From positions 1 to 43,067 of the forward strand of contig DATNKH010000791.1 of NCBI GenBank assembly GCA_035603475.1: DNA of 43,067 nucleotides. The letters run 5' to 3'. Each line of letters opens with the position of its first letter. Position 1 is the stretch's first letter. The position numbers were made by a program, and so were the translations under genes. Below the pieces are notes generated by a model. That model was not told the origin of the DNA. It ran no database searches and was given only the letters and a program-made list of their open reading frames with translations. The stretch comes from Thermoanaerobaculia bacterium. GTDB taxonomy: Bacteria; Acidobacteriota; Thermoanaerobaculia; Multivoradales; UBA5704. This document shows positions 27,102 through 36,800 of this stretch, one piece after another.

Positions 27102-28970
27102 GTGTCGTTCATCGACAAGCTCCTCGGCAAGGCGCTCCGCTCCTCGCAGGCCGAGGAGGAGAAGATCGGCGTCTGGGCCGGCATCCCCATCCTCGGGCTC
27201 GACGGCCTGTCGTCCTCGGCCTACGGCCCGGAGGCGGCCTTGACCCTGCTGGTGCCGCTGGGCGCCGCAGGGCTGGCCTTCATCGGGCCGATCACGCTGG
27301 TCATTCTCGGGCTGCTGCTGCTGCTCTACCTCTCCTACCGCCAGACCATCGGCGCCTACCCGCAGGGGGGTGGCTCCTACACGGTGGCCAAGGAGAACCT
27401 CGGCACCCGCGCCGGCCTGCTCGCCGCCGCGGCGCTGATGATCGACTACATCCTCAACGTGGCGGTCGGCATCTCGGCCGGAGTGGCAGCCCTGGTCTCG
27501 GCGGTGCCGTCGCTGCACCGGCACACCCTGCTCCTCTGCCTGGCGATCCTCGCCGTCATCTCGGTCGTCAATCTCCGCGGGATGCGCGAGCCAGGGCTGG
27601 CATTCGGCCTCCCGACCTACCTGTTCATCGCCAGCCTCGGCCTGGTGCTGATCGTCGGCGTGGTCGAGGCGCTGCTGCACGGCGGCCATCCGCGGCCGCT
27701 GGCGCCGCCGCCGCCCCTGGGGCCGCCGATCCAAGCAGCGAGCCTCTGGCTGCTGATGCGCTCGTTCGCCAGCGGCTGCACCGCCATGACCGGCGTCGAG
27801 GCGGTGAGCAACGGGGTCAAGTACTTCAAGCAGCCGACCGTGCCGAACGCCAGGCGCACCCTGACCGCCATCGTCGCCATTCTCGGCCTGCTGCTCGGCG
27901 GCATCGCCTACCTCGCCCGCGCCTACCACCTCGGCGCCATGGACCAGGAGAAGCCCGGCTACCAGAGCGTTCTCTCGCAGCTGGTGGCGGCGGTGGCGGG
28001 ACGGGGAGTCATCTATTACGTGACCCTCGCCAGTATCCTGGCGGTGCTCGCCCTCTCCGCCAACACCAGCTTCGCCGACTTCCCGCGTCTCTGCCGCATC
28101 ATCTCGGAGGACGGCTTCCTGCCGCGCTCCTTCGGCACCGTCGGCCGCCGGCTGGTCTACTCGAACGGCATCCTGGTGCTCGCCGTGCTGTCGGGCGTGC
28201 TGCTGATCCTCTTCGGCGGCATCACCGATCGCCTGATCCCGCTCTTCGCGGTGGGCGCCTTCAGCGCCTTCACCCTGTCGCAGGCGGGCATGGTGATGCA
28301 CTGGCGGCGCGCCGGCGGCCCCCATTCGAAGGTGGCGATGGCCATCAACGGCCTGGGGGCTGTCGCCACCGGCGTCGCGCTGGCGGTGATCCTGGTGGCG
28401 AAGTTCGCCGAGGGCGCCTGGATGACGGTGCTGCTGGTGCCCGTCATCCTGGCCCTGTTCGCTGGCGTCAAGCGTCACTACCGCCGGGCGCTGCGGCAGA
28501 TCGCCTGCCTGAAGCCGCTCGACTTCTCCGGCCTCGAGCCGCCGATCGTCGTGGTCCCGATCGAGACCTGGGACATGCTGAGCGTGAAGGCGCTGCGCTT
28601 CGGCCTGCGGATCTCGAACGACGTCCGCGCGGTCCACGTCGGCGTCAGCGAGGCGAAGCGGCAGGCGCTGCAGGAGCAGTGGGACCTGGACGTCGAGCAG
28701 CCGGCGCAGCGCGAGGGCCGCCAGGCGCCGCGGCTGATCGTCCTGCCGTCCCCCTACCGCCGGCTCTTCCTGCCGCTGATCGACTTCGTCAGGAAGCTCG
28801 AGAAGGACAACCCTGCGCGCGAGATCGCCGTCATCATCCCCGAGTTGGTGGAGCGGCACTGGTACGAGGCCTTCCTGCACAACCACAGCGCCGAGGTGCT
28901 GAAGGCGCGCCTCCTGCTCGAGGACCTCGAGCACGTGGCCCTGGTCAACATCCCGTGGTACCTCAAGTGA
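27102..28970 (+). CDS. APC-superfamily (amino acid/polyamine/organocation) permease with C-terminal cytoplasmic domain
   Basis: GTG 27102 is preceded by GGAG. LGLDGLSSSAYGPEAAL...YPQGGGSYTVAKENLG is the typical APC N-terminus. About 12 hydrophobic segments are followed by a ~190-aa soluble tail. The track ORF start 26667 is over-extended into the NPP gene. Confidence 0.8.
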   Translation: MSFIDKLLGKALRSSQAEEEKIGVWAGIPILGLDGLSSSAYGPEAALTLLVPLGAAGLAFIGPITLVILGLLLLLYLSYRQTIGAYPQGGGSYTVAKENLGTRAGLLAAAALMIDYILNVAVGISAGVAALVSAVPSLHRHTLLLCLAILAVISVVNLRGMREPGLAFGLPTYLFIASLGLVLIVGVVEALLHGGHPRPLAPPPPLGPPIQAASLWLLMRSFASGCTAMTGVEAVSNGVKYFKQPTVPNARRTLTAIVAILGLLLGGIAYLARAYHLGAMDQEKPGYQSVLSQLVAAVAGRGVIYYVTLASILAVLALSANTSFADFPRLCRIISEDGFLPRSFGTVGRRLVYSNGILVLAVLSGVLLILFGGITDRLIPLFAVGAFSAFTLSQAGMVMHWRRAGGPHSKVAMAINGLGAVATGVALAVILVAKFAEGAWMTVLLVPVILALFAGVKRHYRRALRQIACLKPLDFSGLEPPIVVVPIETWDMLSVKALRFGLRISNDVRAVHVGVSEAKRQALQEQWDLDVEQPAQREGRQAPRLIVLPSPYRRLFLPLIDFVRKLEKDNPAREIAVIIPELVERHWYEAFLHNHSAEVLKARLLLEDLEHVALVNIPWYLK

Positions 28971-28980
28971 GGAGGGCCGG

Positions 28981-29841
28981 ATGACCGGTGGGCAGGGGCG
29001 GGCGCGCGGCTTGGCCGGCAGCCTGGCGGGCGGCCTGACCGGCAGCCTGGCCGGCAGCTCCATCATCGTCACCGGCGCCTCCCAGGGCATCGGCAAGGCC
29101 GTGTGCCTCGAGCTCGCCAGCCAAGGCGCCCGTCTCACCCTGGCCGCCCGCGACGCCGCCGCCCTCGAGCAGGTGGCCGCCGCCTGCCGCGAGCGCGGCG
29201 GCGAGGCCCTGGTCGTCCCCACCGACGTCTCCCAGCCCGCCGACTGCGAGCGCCTGATCCGCGAGGCCGCCGCCGCCTGGGGCGCCCTCGACGCCCTGAT
29301 CAACAACGCCGGCATCGACATGATCGCCCGCTTCGAAGACGTGGCCGACCTGCAGCTCTTCGAGCGCCTGATGCGAGTCAACTACCTGGGCTACGTCTAT
29401 CCCACCTACTACGCCCTGCCCGAGCTCCGCCGCTCCCGGGGCCGCCTGGTCGCCGTCTCCAGCCTTGCCGGCATGACCGGCGTCCCCACCCGCACCGGCT
29501 ACGCCGCCTCCAAGCACGCCATCTTCGGCTTCTTCGACTCCCTGCGCATCGAGCTCGCCGGCACCGGCGTCACGGTGACCCTCGTCGCCCCCGACTTCGT
29601 CCTCTCCGAGATCCACCGCCGAGCCGCCGGTCCCGACGGCCAGCCAGTGGGCCACAGCCCGATGCAGGAGTCCAGCATCATGACCGCCGAGCAATGCGCC
29701 CGCCACATCGTCAAGGCGATGCAGAAGCGCCAGCGCCTCCGGATCCTCTCGCTGAGGGGGCGGCTCGGGCGCTACGTGCGGCTGGTTGCACCGGGCTTGA
29801 TCGACGCGATCGCGGCGCGGGCGGTGCGGCTGGGGAGGTAG
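28981..29841 (+). CDS. Short-chain dehydrogenase/reductase (SDR)
   Basis: TGASQGIGKAV (TGxxxGxG), NNAGI, and catalytic S...YAASKHA (YxxxK). Confidence 0.9.
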   Translation: MTGGQGRARGLAGSLAGGLTGSLAGSSIIVTGASQGIGKAVCLELASQGARLTLAARDAAALEQVAAACRERGGEALVVPTDVSQPADCERLIREAAAAWGALDALINNAGIDMIARFEDVADLQLFERLMRVNYLGYVYPTYYALPELRRSRGRLVAVSSLAGMTGVPTRTGYAASKHAIFGFFDSLRIELAGTGVTVTLVAPDFVLSEIHRRAAGPDGQPVGHSPMQESSIMTAEQCARHIVKAMQKRQRLRILSLRGRLGRYVRLVAPGLIDAIAARAVRLGR

Positions 29842-29931
29842 GGGTCTTGTCGCGCGGACCCGTGCCGGGCTCCGAGCGCGATGCTAGAGGGGTCATATCT
29901 GACAATTCACACCGCCACTAGGCATAATGAC

Positions 29932-29960
29932 TTGACAATGTTGGAGAGATCTCCTATGCT
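29932..29960 (+). promoter_or_regulatory. Candidate sigma70-type promoter (TTGACA-17 nt-TATGCT) with an internal GAGATCTC palindrome
   Basis: TTGACA at 29932-29937, a 17-nt spacer, TATGCT at 29955-29960. The spacer contains the 8-bp palindrome GAGATCTC, a possible XRE operator. It lies about 125 nt upstream of ATG 30086. Confidence 0.35.
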
Positions 29961-30085
29961 CGTCCCCAAGTAACGAGGGCCAGGATGCCGAATCTAGACA
30001 TCGTAGGACGCAGCCTGAACAAGCCTTGGCGCAGCCCTTATCGGCTTCTTAAGGGGGGAGCGCCTAACGGCAACATGGGGGCCTT

Positions 30086-31294
30086 ATGACTGACAACCCG
30101 CTAGCTGCCATTGAGCCACGAGCACTGGCGGCTCGCGTTCGGGAGGCAAGAGAGGCCCGCGGCTGGACCCAGCAAGAGTTAGGTGACCGTCTTGGGATGG
30201 CACGAACCACGATTGTGGCTATCGAGAAGGCAGAGCGGCGCCTCAAACCGCGGGAGTTGATTGAGCTAGCAAGACTACTTGGAAGAAATGTGTCGGAACT
30301 CTTACAGCGGAGCAGTCCGCCTGAGGGGTTCTCCGTGCAGCTCCGGAGTGCTCTGCCAGTGTCTGCTCCTGTGGATTACGATCTAGTTCCGTACATCGAG
30401 GAGTTCCAACATCGATGTGAAGATTACCTAAGGCTTGAAGAGATCTGTCACGTGCCGCTACGAAGGCGGTATCCACCTGAATACGATATTCAGGGAGTGG
30501 ACCCCGACCAGGCTGCGGAGGACTTGGCGGCGGCCGAACGGAGTCGACTAGATCTAGGGGAAGGGCCGGTCTTGAGCCTTCGGGATCTACTCGAGACCGA
30601 AGTAGGGCTTCGAGTGTTTCAGCTTGATCTTCCGTCGAAGATCGCAGGGATGTTTGCTTTCGCAGCGTCTCTTGGAGGCTGCATTGCAATCAACCTTCGC
30701 CACCCGGTTGAGCGCCGGCGCATGAGCCTAGCCCACGAATACGGTCACTTCCTTATCGCCCGTTTCCGTTTCGAGATCACCTTTGATGGTCGCTATGAGC
30801 GAAGGCCCGCAGCAGAGCGCTTTGCAGAGGCCTTTGCAAGAGCCTTCCTGATGCCTGCTTCAGGGGTACGCCGACGCTTTCTAGAACACGAGCGCGAGAG
30901 ACCGCAAGGGATTACTTATGGCGATCTTTGCCGGCTAGCTCACTCTTATCTTGTTTCACTCGAAGCCATAACTCGCAGACTAGAGGAGCTTCGCCTGATC
31001 CCACTCGCCACCTGGGAGCGGCTCCGCCAAGAGAGATTTCGAGTCTATGAGGCAAAGCAGATTCTTGGCCTCGAATCTGCCGCTCATACCGATGATGCCC
31101 CGTTTTCGCCCCGCTACATTGCACTGGCAGTCGAAGCCTGGCAGCAAGGCGAGCTAAGTGAGGGCCAGCTTGCACATATTTTGCGCGTTGACCGTCTGGG
31201 GGCTCGCGAGCTTGCGCTAGCCGCTGCGGACGGAAGTGATCGAGGTGCCTTAGTGAACTTCGGAGCTCCGCTTTTCAGTTCGGGCAGTCGGTGA
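30086..31294 (+). CDS. XRE-family HTH fused to ImmA/IrrE-type (COG2856) zinc metallopeptidase
   Basis: HTH: LAARVREAREARGWTQQELGDRLGMARTTIVAIEKAER. The metallopeptidase HExxH lies in RRMSLAHEYGHFLIA. 402 aa. Confidence 0.85.
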   Translation: MTDNPLAAIEPRALAARVREAREARGWTQQELGDRLGMARTTIVAIEKAERRLKPRELIELARLLGRNVSELLQRSSPPEGFSVQLRSALPVSAPVDYDLVPYIEEFQHRCEDYLRLEEICHVPLRRRYPPEYDIQGVDPDQAAEDLAAAERSRLDLGEGPVLSLRDLLETEVGLRVFQLDLPSKIAGMFAFAASLGGCIAINLRHPVERRRMSLAHEYGHFLIARFRFEITFDGRYERRPAAERFAEAFARAFLMPASGVRRRFLEHERERPQGITYGDLCRLAHSYLVSLEAITRRLEELRLIPLATWERLRQERFRVYEAKQILGLESAAHTDDAPFSPRYIALAVEAWQQGELSEGQLAHILRVDRLGARELALAAADGSDRGALVNFGAPLFSSGSR

Positions 31295-31306
31295 AACCGG
31301 CGAGTC

Positions 31307-31876
31307 ATGTCCGAGGAGCGACCCGAGGCGCCGCTTTTGCTTTTTGATGCATGCTGCCTTATAAACCTCTTTGCTACTGGGCGGATCGAGGAGATCTTAG
31401 CTTGTCTTCCTTTTCGCTGCGCCACCTCTCGGCTGGTTGCCTCCAGGGAGGTCCTTGCGATCGCAGTCGAGGGATTGGCTGCTGAGCCTTTAGGGCGGGA
31501 CGTCATCCCGGCAAGCCGCCTTGAGACTGTGGCCAATCTGGCACTTCTGGATCTTGATACCGACGAAGAACTTGCAGCATTTGTTGGCTTCGCGTTGGAA
31601 CTCGACGATGGCGAAGCCTCAGTATGTTCACTTGCAGTGGCGCGGGGAAGGACGGTCGCAACCGATGATCGCAAGGCGCTTCGCATAATGGCGGAGTTGA
31701 CGCCGCCCGTTCTAACGGTGCAGACTCCGGATCTACTTTTCGAGTGGGCGGAGCGTCTCGAGCCGCCAAAAGCGGAAATACGTAGTGCTTTGCAGCGGGT
31801 TCAGCGGCGCGGTCGGTTCTACCCCCGCGTCGGTGCGCCTAGGCTTGAGTGGTGGGAGACCTTCCTGCAGGGCTGA
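31307..31876 (+). CDS. PIN-like domain protein, putative toxin partner of XRE-ImmA
   Basis: LLLFDACCLINL (first Asp) and LDDGEASVCSLAVARGRTVATDDRKALR (GE...T.D motif) fit a PIN fold. It lies 12 nt downstream of the XRE-ImmA gene and has the same low GC. Confidence 0.55.
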   Translation: MSEERPEAPLLLFDACCLINLFATGRIEEILACLPFRCATSRLVASREVLAIAVEGLAAEPLGRDVIPASRLETVANLALLDLDTDEELAAFVGFALELDDGEASVCSLAVARGRTVATDDRKALRIMAELTPPVLTVQTPDLLFEWAERLEPPKAEIRSALQRVQRRGRFYPRVGAPRLEWWETFLQG

Positions 31877-32104
31877 ACTCCTCGTGTAGCGCACCCGTGA
31901 TGCAATGGCATGCGGACAGGCTTCGGACAGGCGGCTCGTAGAAAGGAAGTTGCCCTGCCGAGGAAGGAAGACGCAACATAGCTGCCGCTGTCCAGGCTCA
32001 GCGTCAGCCCATGAGCCTCAGCTCCTCCACCGAGGCCCAGGAGATCTTGACGGCCAGCCTGCAGAGCCTTACTCGTATGTAAGGAGTATGGAGGTAATGT
32101 AAGG

Positions 32105-32344
32105 ATGGCTGCGGCTACCATCACCAGCAAAGGCCAGGTCACCATCCCGAAGGAGGTGCGCAAGGCGCTGTCCCTGGAGACGGGAGACAGGGTTGCCTTC
32201 GTGGTGCGCGACGACGGCGTGGCGGAGATGCACCGCGAGACGGTGGAGCTGATGTCTCTCTTCGGAGCCATCAAGCCTCGCGTCAAGGGGGTCAGCCTGC
32301 GGGACATGGACGACGCGATCCGCCGTTCCACGGCCCGCAAGTGA
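32105..32344 (+). CDS. AbrB/MazE/SpoVT-family antitoxin
   Basis: ITSKGQVTIPKEVRKALSLETGDRVAFVV is the canonical SpoVT-AbrB looped-hinge motif. The stop overlaps the GTG start of the PIN gene (GTGA). Confidence 0.85.
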   Translation: MAAATITSKGQVTIPKEVRKALSLETGDRVAFVVRDDGVAEMHRETVELMSLFGAIKPRVKGVSLRDMDDAIRRSTARK

Positions 32345-32862
32345 TCGCGCTTGACACCAACGTCCTGGTTCGGTTCCTGGTCGAGGACGATCCGGAGCAG
32401 AGCCGCCAAGCCAAGGCTTTGCTCGAGCGGGCCATCGCTGCCAACAGCGCTTGCTTCGTCTCCGAGGTCGTGGTCTGCGAGGTCGTGTGGGTCCTCGGGA
32501 CGAGTTACCAGGTTGGCCGCGAAGATATTGCCAGGGTCCTGAGGCAACCGCTGCGCGCGCGACACCTCACCTTCCCCGAGGGGGAACGCCTCTCGCGAGC
32601 CCTGAGTGCCTTCGACTCCGGGCGCGGGGACTTCGCCGATTACTTGATCCGAGAAGCCGCCCGAGAAGCAGGGTGTGAGGCCGTTGCGACCTTCGACCGC
32701 GGACTGCTGCGCGAGACGGGGTTCGTCGCCCCCTCACTCGCGCAGCTTGCGACCCACCGGCGCGCTCCCCTCCTCCTCCCCAGCAGTAGGTCCTCCCGCC
32801 GGCGGCAGTTGGCAGAGCACGAACGCCCCATGGGTGTACGGGGGATCGAAGTCGTTCGTTGA
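32341..32862 (+). CDS. vapC: PIN-domain toxin VapC (unusually long C-terminal tail)
   Basis: MIALDTNVLVRFLVEDD, ...FVSEVVVCEVVWVL..., ...GDFADYLIREAAREAGCEAVATFDRGL are PIN motifs. The last ~40 aa (R/S-rich) run into a convergent ORF and may not be genuine. Confidence 0.8.
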   Translation: MIALDTNVLVRFLVEDDPEQSRQAKALLERAIAANSACFVSEVVVCEVVWVLGTSYQVGREDIARVLRQPLRARHLTFPEGERLSRALSAFDSGRGDFADYLIREAAREAGCEAVATFDRGLLRETGFVAPSLAQLATHRRAPLLLPSSRSSRRRQLAEHERPMGVRGIEVVR

Positions 32863-32949
32863 CTGCGCGAGATCGAACCAGAGATCCCAGGCGAGATCGA
32901 GCTCCTCCGGGGTCATCTGCCGCAGGTTGAGGTCGTCCTCACTGAGCAT
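32734..32949 (-). CDS. Small hypothetical protein (71 aa), possible partner of the NTase-fold gene
   Basis: The internal ATG 32949-32947 of track ORF 32734-33174 overlaps the upstream gene's stop by 11 nt. It translates to MLSEDDLNLRQMTPEELDLAWDLWFDLAQSTNDFDPPYTHGAF..., an ordinary protein-like composition. I recognise no family. Confidence 0.35.
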   Translation of the reverse strand: MLSEDDLNLRQMTPEELDLAWDLWFDLAQSTNDFDPPYTHGAFVLCQLPPAGGPTAGEEEGSAPVGRKLRE

Positions 32950-33742
32950 TTCCACGGCTCGGACCTCCCTTGGCGAAAGGATCGACAGGAAGGGTGCGCA
33001 GGGCGAGCTCGACGGCGCGCTGGTGCGCTTCCGGCAGCTCCAACTCAGCGATGCCGGTGGCCTGGAACTCCCGCAGAAAAGGCTCCGCGGCGACACGGAA
33101 GCGCTCGAGCCGTGCCCGGTCCTCCGTCTGCATCCGATCGGCTTCTCGCGCCAGCTCGACGACGACCTCGTCACGCGAGCGCCCCTCGCGAGCGGCTTGA
33201 ACCGCCCGGCGCCTGGAACCTTCGCCGTGGCGCGGTGCCAGCGCGAGGATGCGGTCGGGATCTGTCGTCAGCTCGATCTCTCGCTCCGGAGGGAGCATCC
33301 GGGCGAGCTCGCCGATGACCGGGTAGTCCTTGGCTCGCTGGGTCTGCTTCATGCGGATAAGGGGCTCGATCGGCACGACCAGCGTCGGCGCCGCGGTCAC
33401 GGTGAAGAGTGTCGACAGCTCTTCTTCCGACACTCGAGGAGGCCGCGTGAGAAAGTCGCAGCGTATGCGCCGGCCCTTGGGATCGAAGAACTCGAAATGG
33501 CTCGACCAGCCGGCCGCCAGCCACCGGAGGTCGAGCGGCGCACCGGGCCGGTACCGGGCGCCTCGCCGGGTGAGCACGTCGAGCGCCCGCCGGCAGGCCG
33601 CCGGCGTCTCCAATAGGATCCAGTCGCCGTCCTTGCTCATCATGGCAAGGCGGTAGAAGACCACGGCCTGGCCGGAGGCGAGCGCGGCGATAGGGCCCTC
33701 CGCGTTCAGTTCGCGGGTCAGCTCGAAGTAGACGTTCTCCAC
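32939..33742 (-). CDS. Hypothetical protein with minimal nucleotidyltransferase-like fold (MNT/AbiEii/DUF2204-like)
   Basis: ALASGQAVVFYRLAMMSKDGDWILL fits the G[SG]...D.D NTase signature. LIRMKQTQRAKDYPVIGELARML fits the L..K...R.KD..D...L helix common in these families. This is recall only. Confidence 0.45.
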   Translation of the reverse strand: MENVYFELTRELNAEGPIAALASGQAVVFYRLAMMSKDGDWILLETPAACRRALDVLTRRGARYRPGAPLDLRWLAAGWSSHFEFFDPKGRRIRCDFLTRPPRVSEEELSTLFTVTAAPTLVVPIEPLIRMKQTQRAKDYPVIGELARMLPPEREIELTTDPDRILALAPRHGEGSRRRAVQAAREGRSRDEVVVELAREADRMQTEDRARLERFRVAAEPFLREFQATGIAELELPEAHQRAVELALRTLPVDPFAKGGPSRGNAQ

Positions 33743-33837
33743 CGCCGGCGACTATAGCCGAACCCGGTGCGGGCGCCTCTGGGACCTCTAAGAATGGTAG
33801 GCTCTGCGGCCGTCCGGGCCTCCCGCACTCTGGATCG

Positions 33838-36800
33838 ATGGCTGCATTCGCTCACCTCGAATTCCATCGCGCTGGCATCGGCCTCGTGCCGGCGGGCCAG
33901 CCTGCCGACCTGCCGGCCGGCCAGGCGGCTACCGAGACCGCGATCTGGGTCCGGCAGGTGGCGGGGAGCCGCGAGCCGCTGCGTTCGTGCAACTGCAAGG
34001 CGAGCCGCAACGGCGCCTGCGAACACCTGCGGCAGCTCGACCGCGCACTGGCCGAGCTGAAGCGCGAGGGCGACGGCCGCCCCGAGGGTGCCGCTCCGGA
34101 AGCTCGCTGGGAGACGGCCTTCCCGGCCACGACCTGGTACCGCCTCGCGCGGCTGCTCCAGGAAGGCGGCGCCCAGCCGTGCGGCGAGGTGCGGGTGAGC
34201 CAGCGCCGCGCGGACGACCAGGGGGCCGAGATCCGCGTCACCTCGGCTTCCGGCGAGGAGCTGGCCCGCTACCTGGACCCTTCGCCCGCCCAGCTTCGCT
34301 TCCTGGAACGGACCGGCAAGACCGGCAGTGACGGCCGCACCTTCGACCGCGCCGGACTGCTGACGCGGCTTGCGCTCTTCCAGCTCACCTCCGACGAGCG
34401 GGCGCTGGCCAAGATGGGAGCCAAGACCGAGCGCCTGAGCTGGGAGGAGAGCTTCTGGCACCGGCTGGCGTATCACTGCGTACGCGAGCTGGGGCGGGAC
34501 GCCTGCACCTTCCATCCGGCCGTCGACCAGGAGAGCGGCCGCTTCACCCTGACCTGCCGCCGGGGTGACCAGCCGCTCGTCGAGGTCTCGGTTCCACGCG
34601 GCAAGGTGCGCGCGGCGCTCGCGCTGCTGTCCCGGGAGTTTCCCGGGCAGCGGGACCTGGCGATCCACCCGCTGCCGCTGCGCTCGATCTTCCACGTCAC
34701 CGAGGAGACCCGGTTCGATCTCTCCGAGGTGGTGGCGCGCCCCGCCATCGCGGCGATCCAGGCTTCGGGCGAGGAACGCTACTTCCACTCCGCGGAGCTC
34801 GAGCGGTTCCGCTACGGCGACCTCGTCTACCTTCGGGAGCTCGGCATCCTCGCCGAGCTGGAAAGCCCGGGCCGCGAGCGCAAGTTCCGCGCCCCGATCG
34901 AGATGAGGCTGACCCGCAGCCAGGTCCCGAGCCTGCTGGCCGAGAACAGCCAGGCCTGGGAGGCGGGCTCCCTGGTGCTCGACGGGCCGCTACGCCACCG
35001 CCGGCTCCTGCGCGACTTCGACGCGGTCCAGATCGCCGGCGAGGCGCTCGAGCGGAGCTGGTACTGGCTGTCGATCCGCTACGGCTTCGGCAACGAATCG
35101 GTCTCGCTCGGCGAGCTGCTACGCGCCCGGCGCGACGGCCTGCCGTTCGTCGAGATCGCGCAGGGGTGGATCGATCTCAACGCCCCTGCTTTCGGCCACC
35201 TCGACCGGCTGGCTGGCCGGGTCGAGCAGGAGCTCGCCGCCGAGTCCGCCCCCCGCGGCCACGGACCGGACGCCATCCGCCTGTCGGCGAGCGAGCTGCT
35301 GCGCTGGCAGGCGGCGGTCGGCAAGCCGGTGTCGCTACCGGCGGCCGGTGCAGCCGATCTGGGCGGCCTGCTCGAGCTGCGCCCGGCCCTGCCGCTGCCG
35401 CCGCTCGCGGGGCTGCGGTCGGCGTTGCGCCCCTACCAGCGGATCGGGCTCGAATGGCTGCGCTTCCTGTGCGAGAACCGGCTCGGCGGCCTGCTCTGTG
35501 ACGACATGGGCCTCGGCAAGACCCACCAGGCGATGGCGCTGCTCGTCGCCCTCGCCGAGCAACGGGCCGTCGATGCGCCCTGCCTGGTCGTCTGCCCGAC
35601 CAGCGTCATCAGTCACTGGCGCGACAAGCTCCGCGATCATGCCCCCGGGCTGCGGACGCTCATCCATCACGGTGTGCAGCGCGCCCTGCCGTCCGGCCTC
35701 GGGGCCGGCGACGTGGTCGTCACCTCCTACGGCGTGCTGCTGCGCGACGCCCCGGAGCTTGCCGGGACGGCCTTCGCGGTGGCGGTCTTCGACGAGGTGC
35801 AGTACCTCAAGAACCCTGACACCAAGGCCTACCAGGCGGCCGAGCGGCTACGGGCCGACGTCAAGCTCGGCTTGACCGGCACGCCGATCGAGAACTCGCT
35901 CGACGACCTGCGCGCGCTCTTCGAGCTGGTGCTGCCGGGTTACCTGGGCCACCACCCGGCGTTCGCGCGGCGCCGGCCCGAAGGCGTGCTCGACGCCGAG
36001 CGTGAGGCGCGGGAGTCGAACCCGCTCGCACTGGCGCTGCCGCTGCCCGTGCCGCAGGCGACGCCTGCCGCCGGCGCCGAGGCGGCGCGGCGGCGGCAAG
36101 ACGAGGAGGAGGAGAGCGCGCGCGGCGAGCTGCGGCGCATCATCGCGCCATTCGTCCTGCGCCGCCTGAAGCAGGCGGTGCTCGACGAGCTGCCGGAGAA
36201 GATCGAGGACCTGCGCACGTGCGCGCTGTCGTCAGACCAGGTACGGCTCTACCGGGAGGCCGTGGGCGGGCGTGGCGCGGAGCTGGCGCGGGCCATCACG
36301 GCGGCCCGGGAGCCGCTGCCCTACATTCACATCTTCGCGCTGCTCCAGCTCCTCAAGCAGATCTGCGATCACCCGGCGCTTGCGCTGCGGCGGCTGGACG
36401 AGGCGGAGAGCTTCGCTTCGGGTAAGTGGGACCTCTTTCGCGAGCTGCTATCGGAGTGCCTGGAGAGCGGCCAGAAGGTGGTCGTCTTCACTCAGTTCCT
36501 GGGCATGATCACGCTCATGCGGCGCCACTTGGAGAGCCTGGGCGTCGGCCACGTGATCTTGACCGGTGCGAGCGGCGGCGCCGCCGCTCGCGGCGCGCTG
36601 CTCGAGCGCTTCCGCCGCGAGCCCGGCTGCCGGGTCTTCCTGGGCAGCCTGCGCGCCGGCGGCATCGGCATCGACCTCGCCGCCGCCTCGACCGTCATCC
36701 ACTACGACCGCTGGTGGAACGCCGCCCGCGAGGACCAGGCGACCGACCGCGTGCACCGCCTGGGCCAGCGCCGCGCCGTGCAGGTTTTCAAGCTGCTCAC

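Larger units (their letters stand above)
29850..32100. other. Compositionally atypical (low-GC) segment carrying the XRE-ImmA/PIN pair
   Basis: Hand counts of sample 60-nt lines give about 48% GC (30241-30300). This compares with about 62-83% in sampled lines of flanking genes (20101-20160, 8101-8160). The shift starts right after the SDR stop. Confidence 0.6.

Noticed and set aside
24290-29381. 966-aa (24290-27190) and 770-aa (27069-29381) minus-strand ORFs
   Set aside because: Both are antisense to the motif-supported dut, NPP, APC permease and SDR genes. Their translations are low-complexity R/G/A/P strings, so they are GC artefacts.
29858-31899. Short shared string ACCCGTG (29858-29864 and 31893-31899) as att-like repeats flanking the low-GC XRE-ImmA/PIN segment
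   Set aside because: Only 7 nt are identical, or about 10 of 12 with gaps. That is well within chance expectation, unlike the 14-bp repeat around the TIR gene.
31819-32565. 248-aa minus-strand ORF spanning the 31877-32104 gap and the AbrB/VapC genes
   Set aside because: It is antisense to two motif-supported TA genes. Its translation has no recognisable domain.
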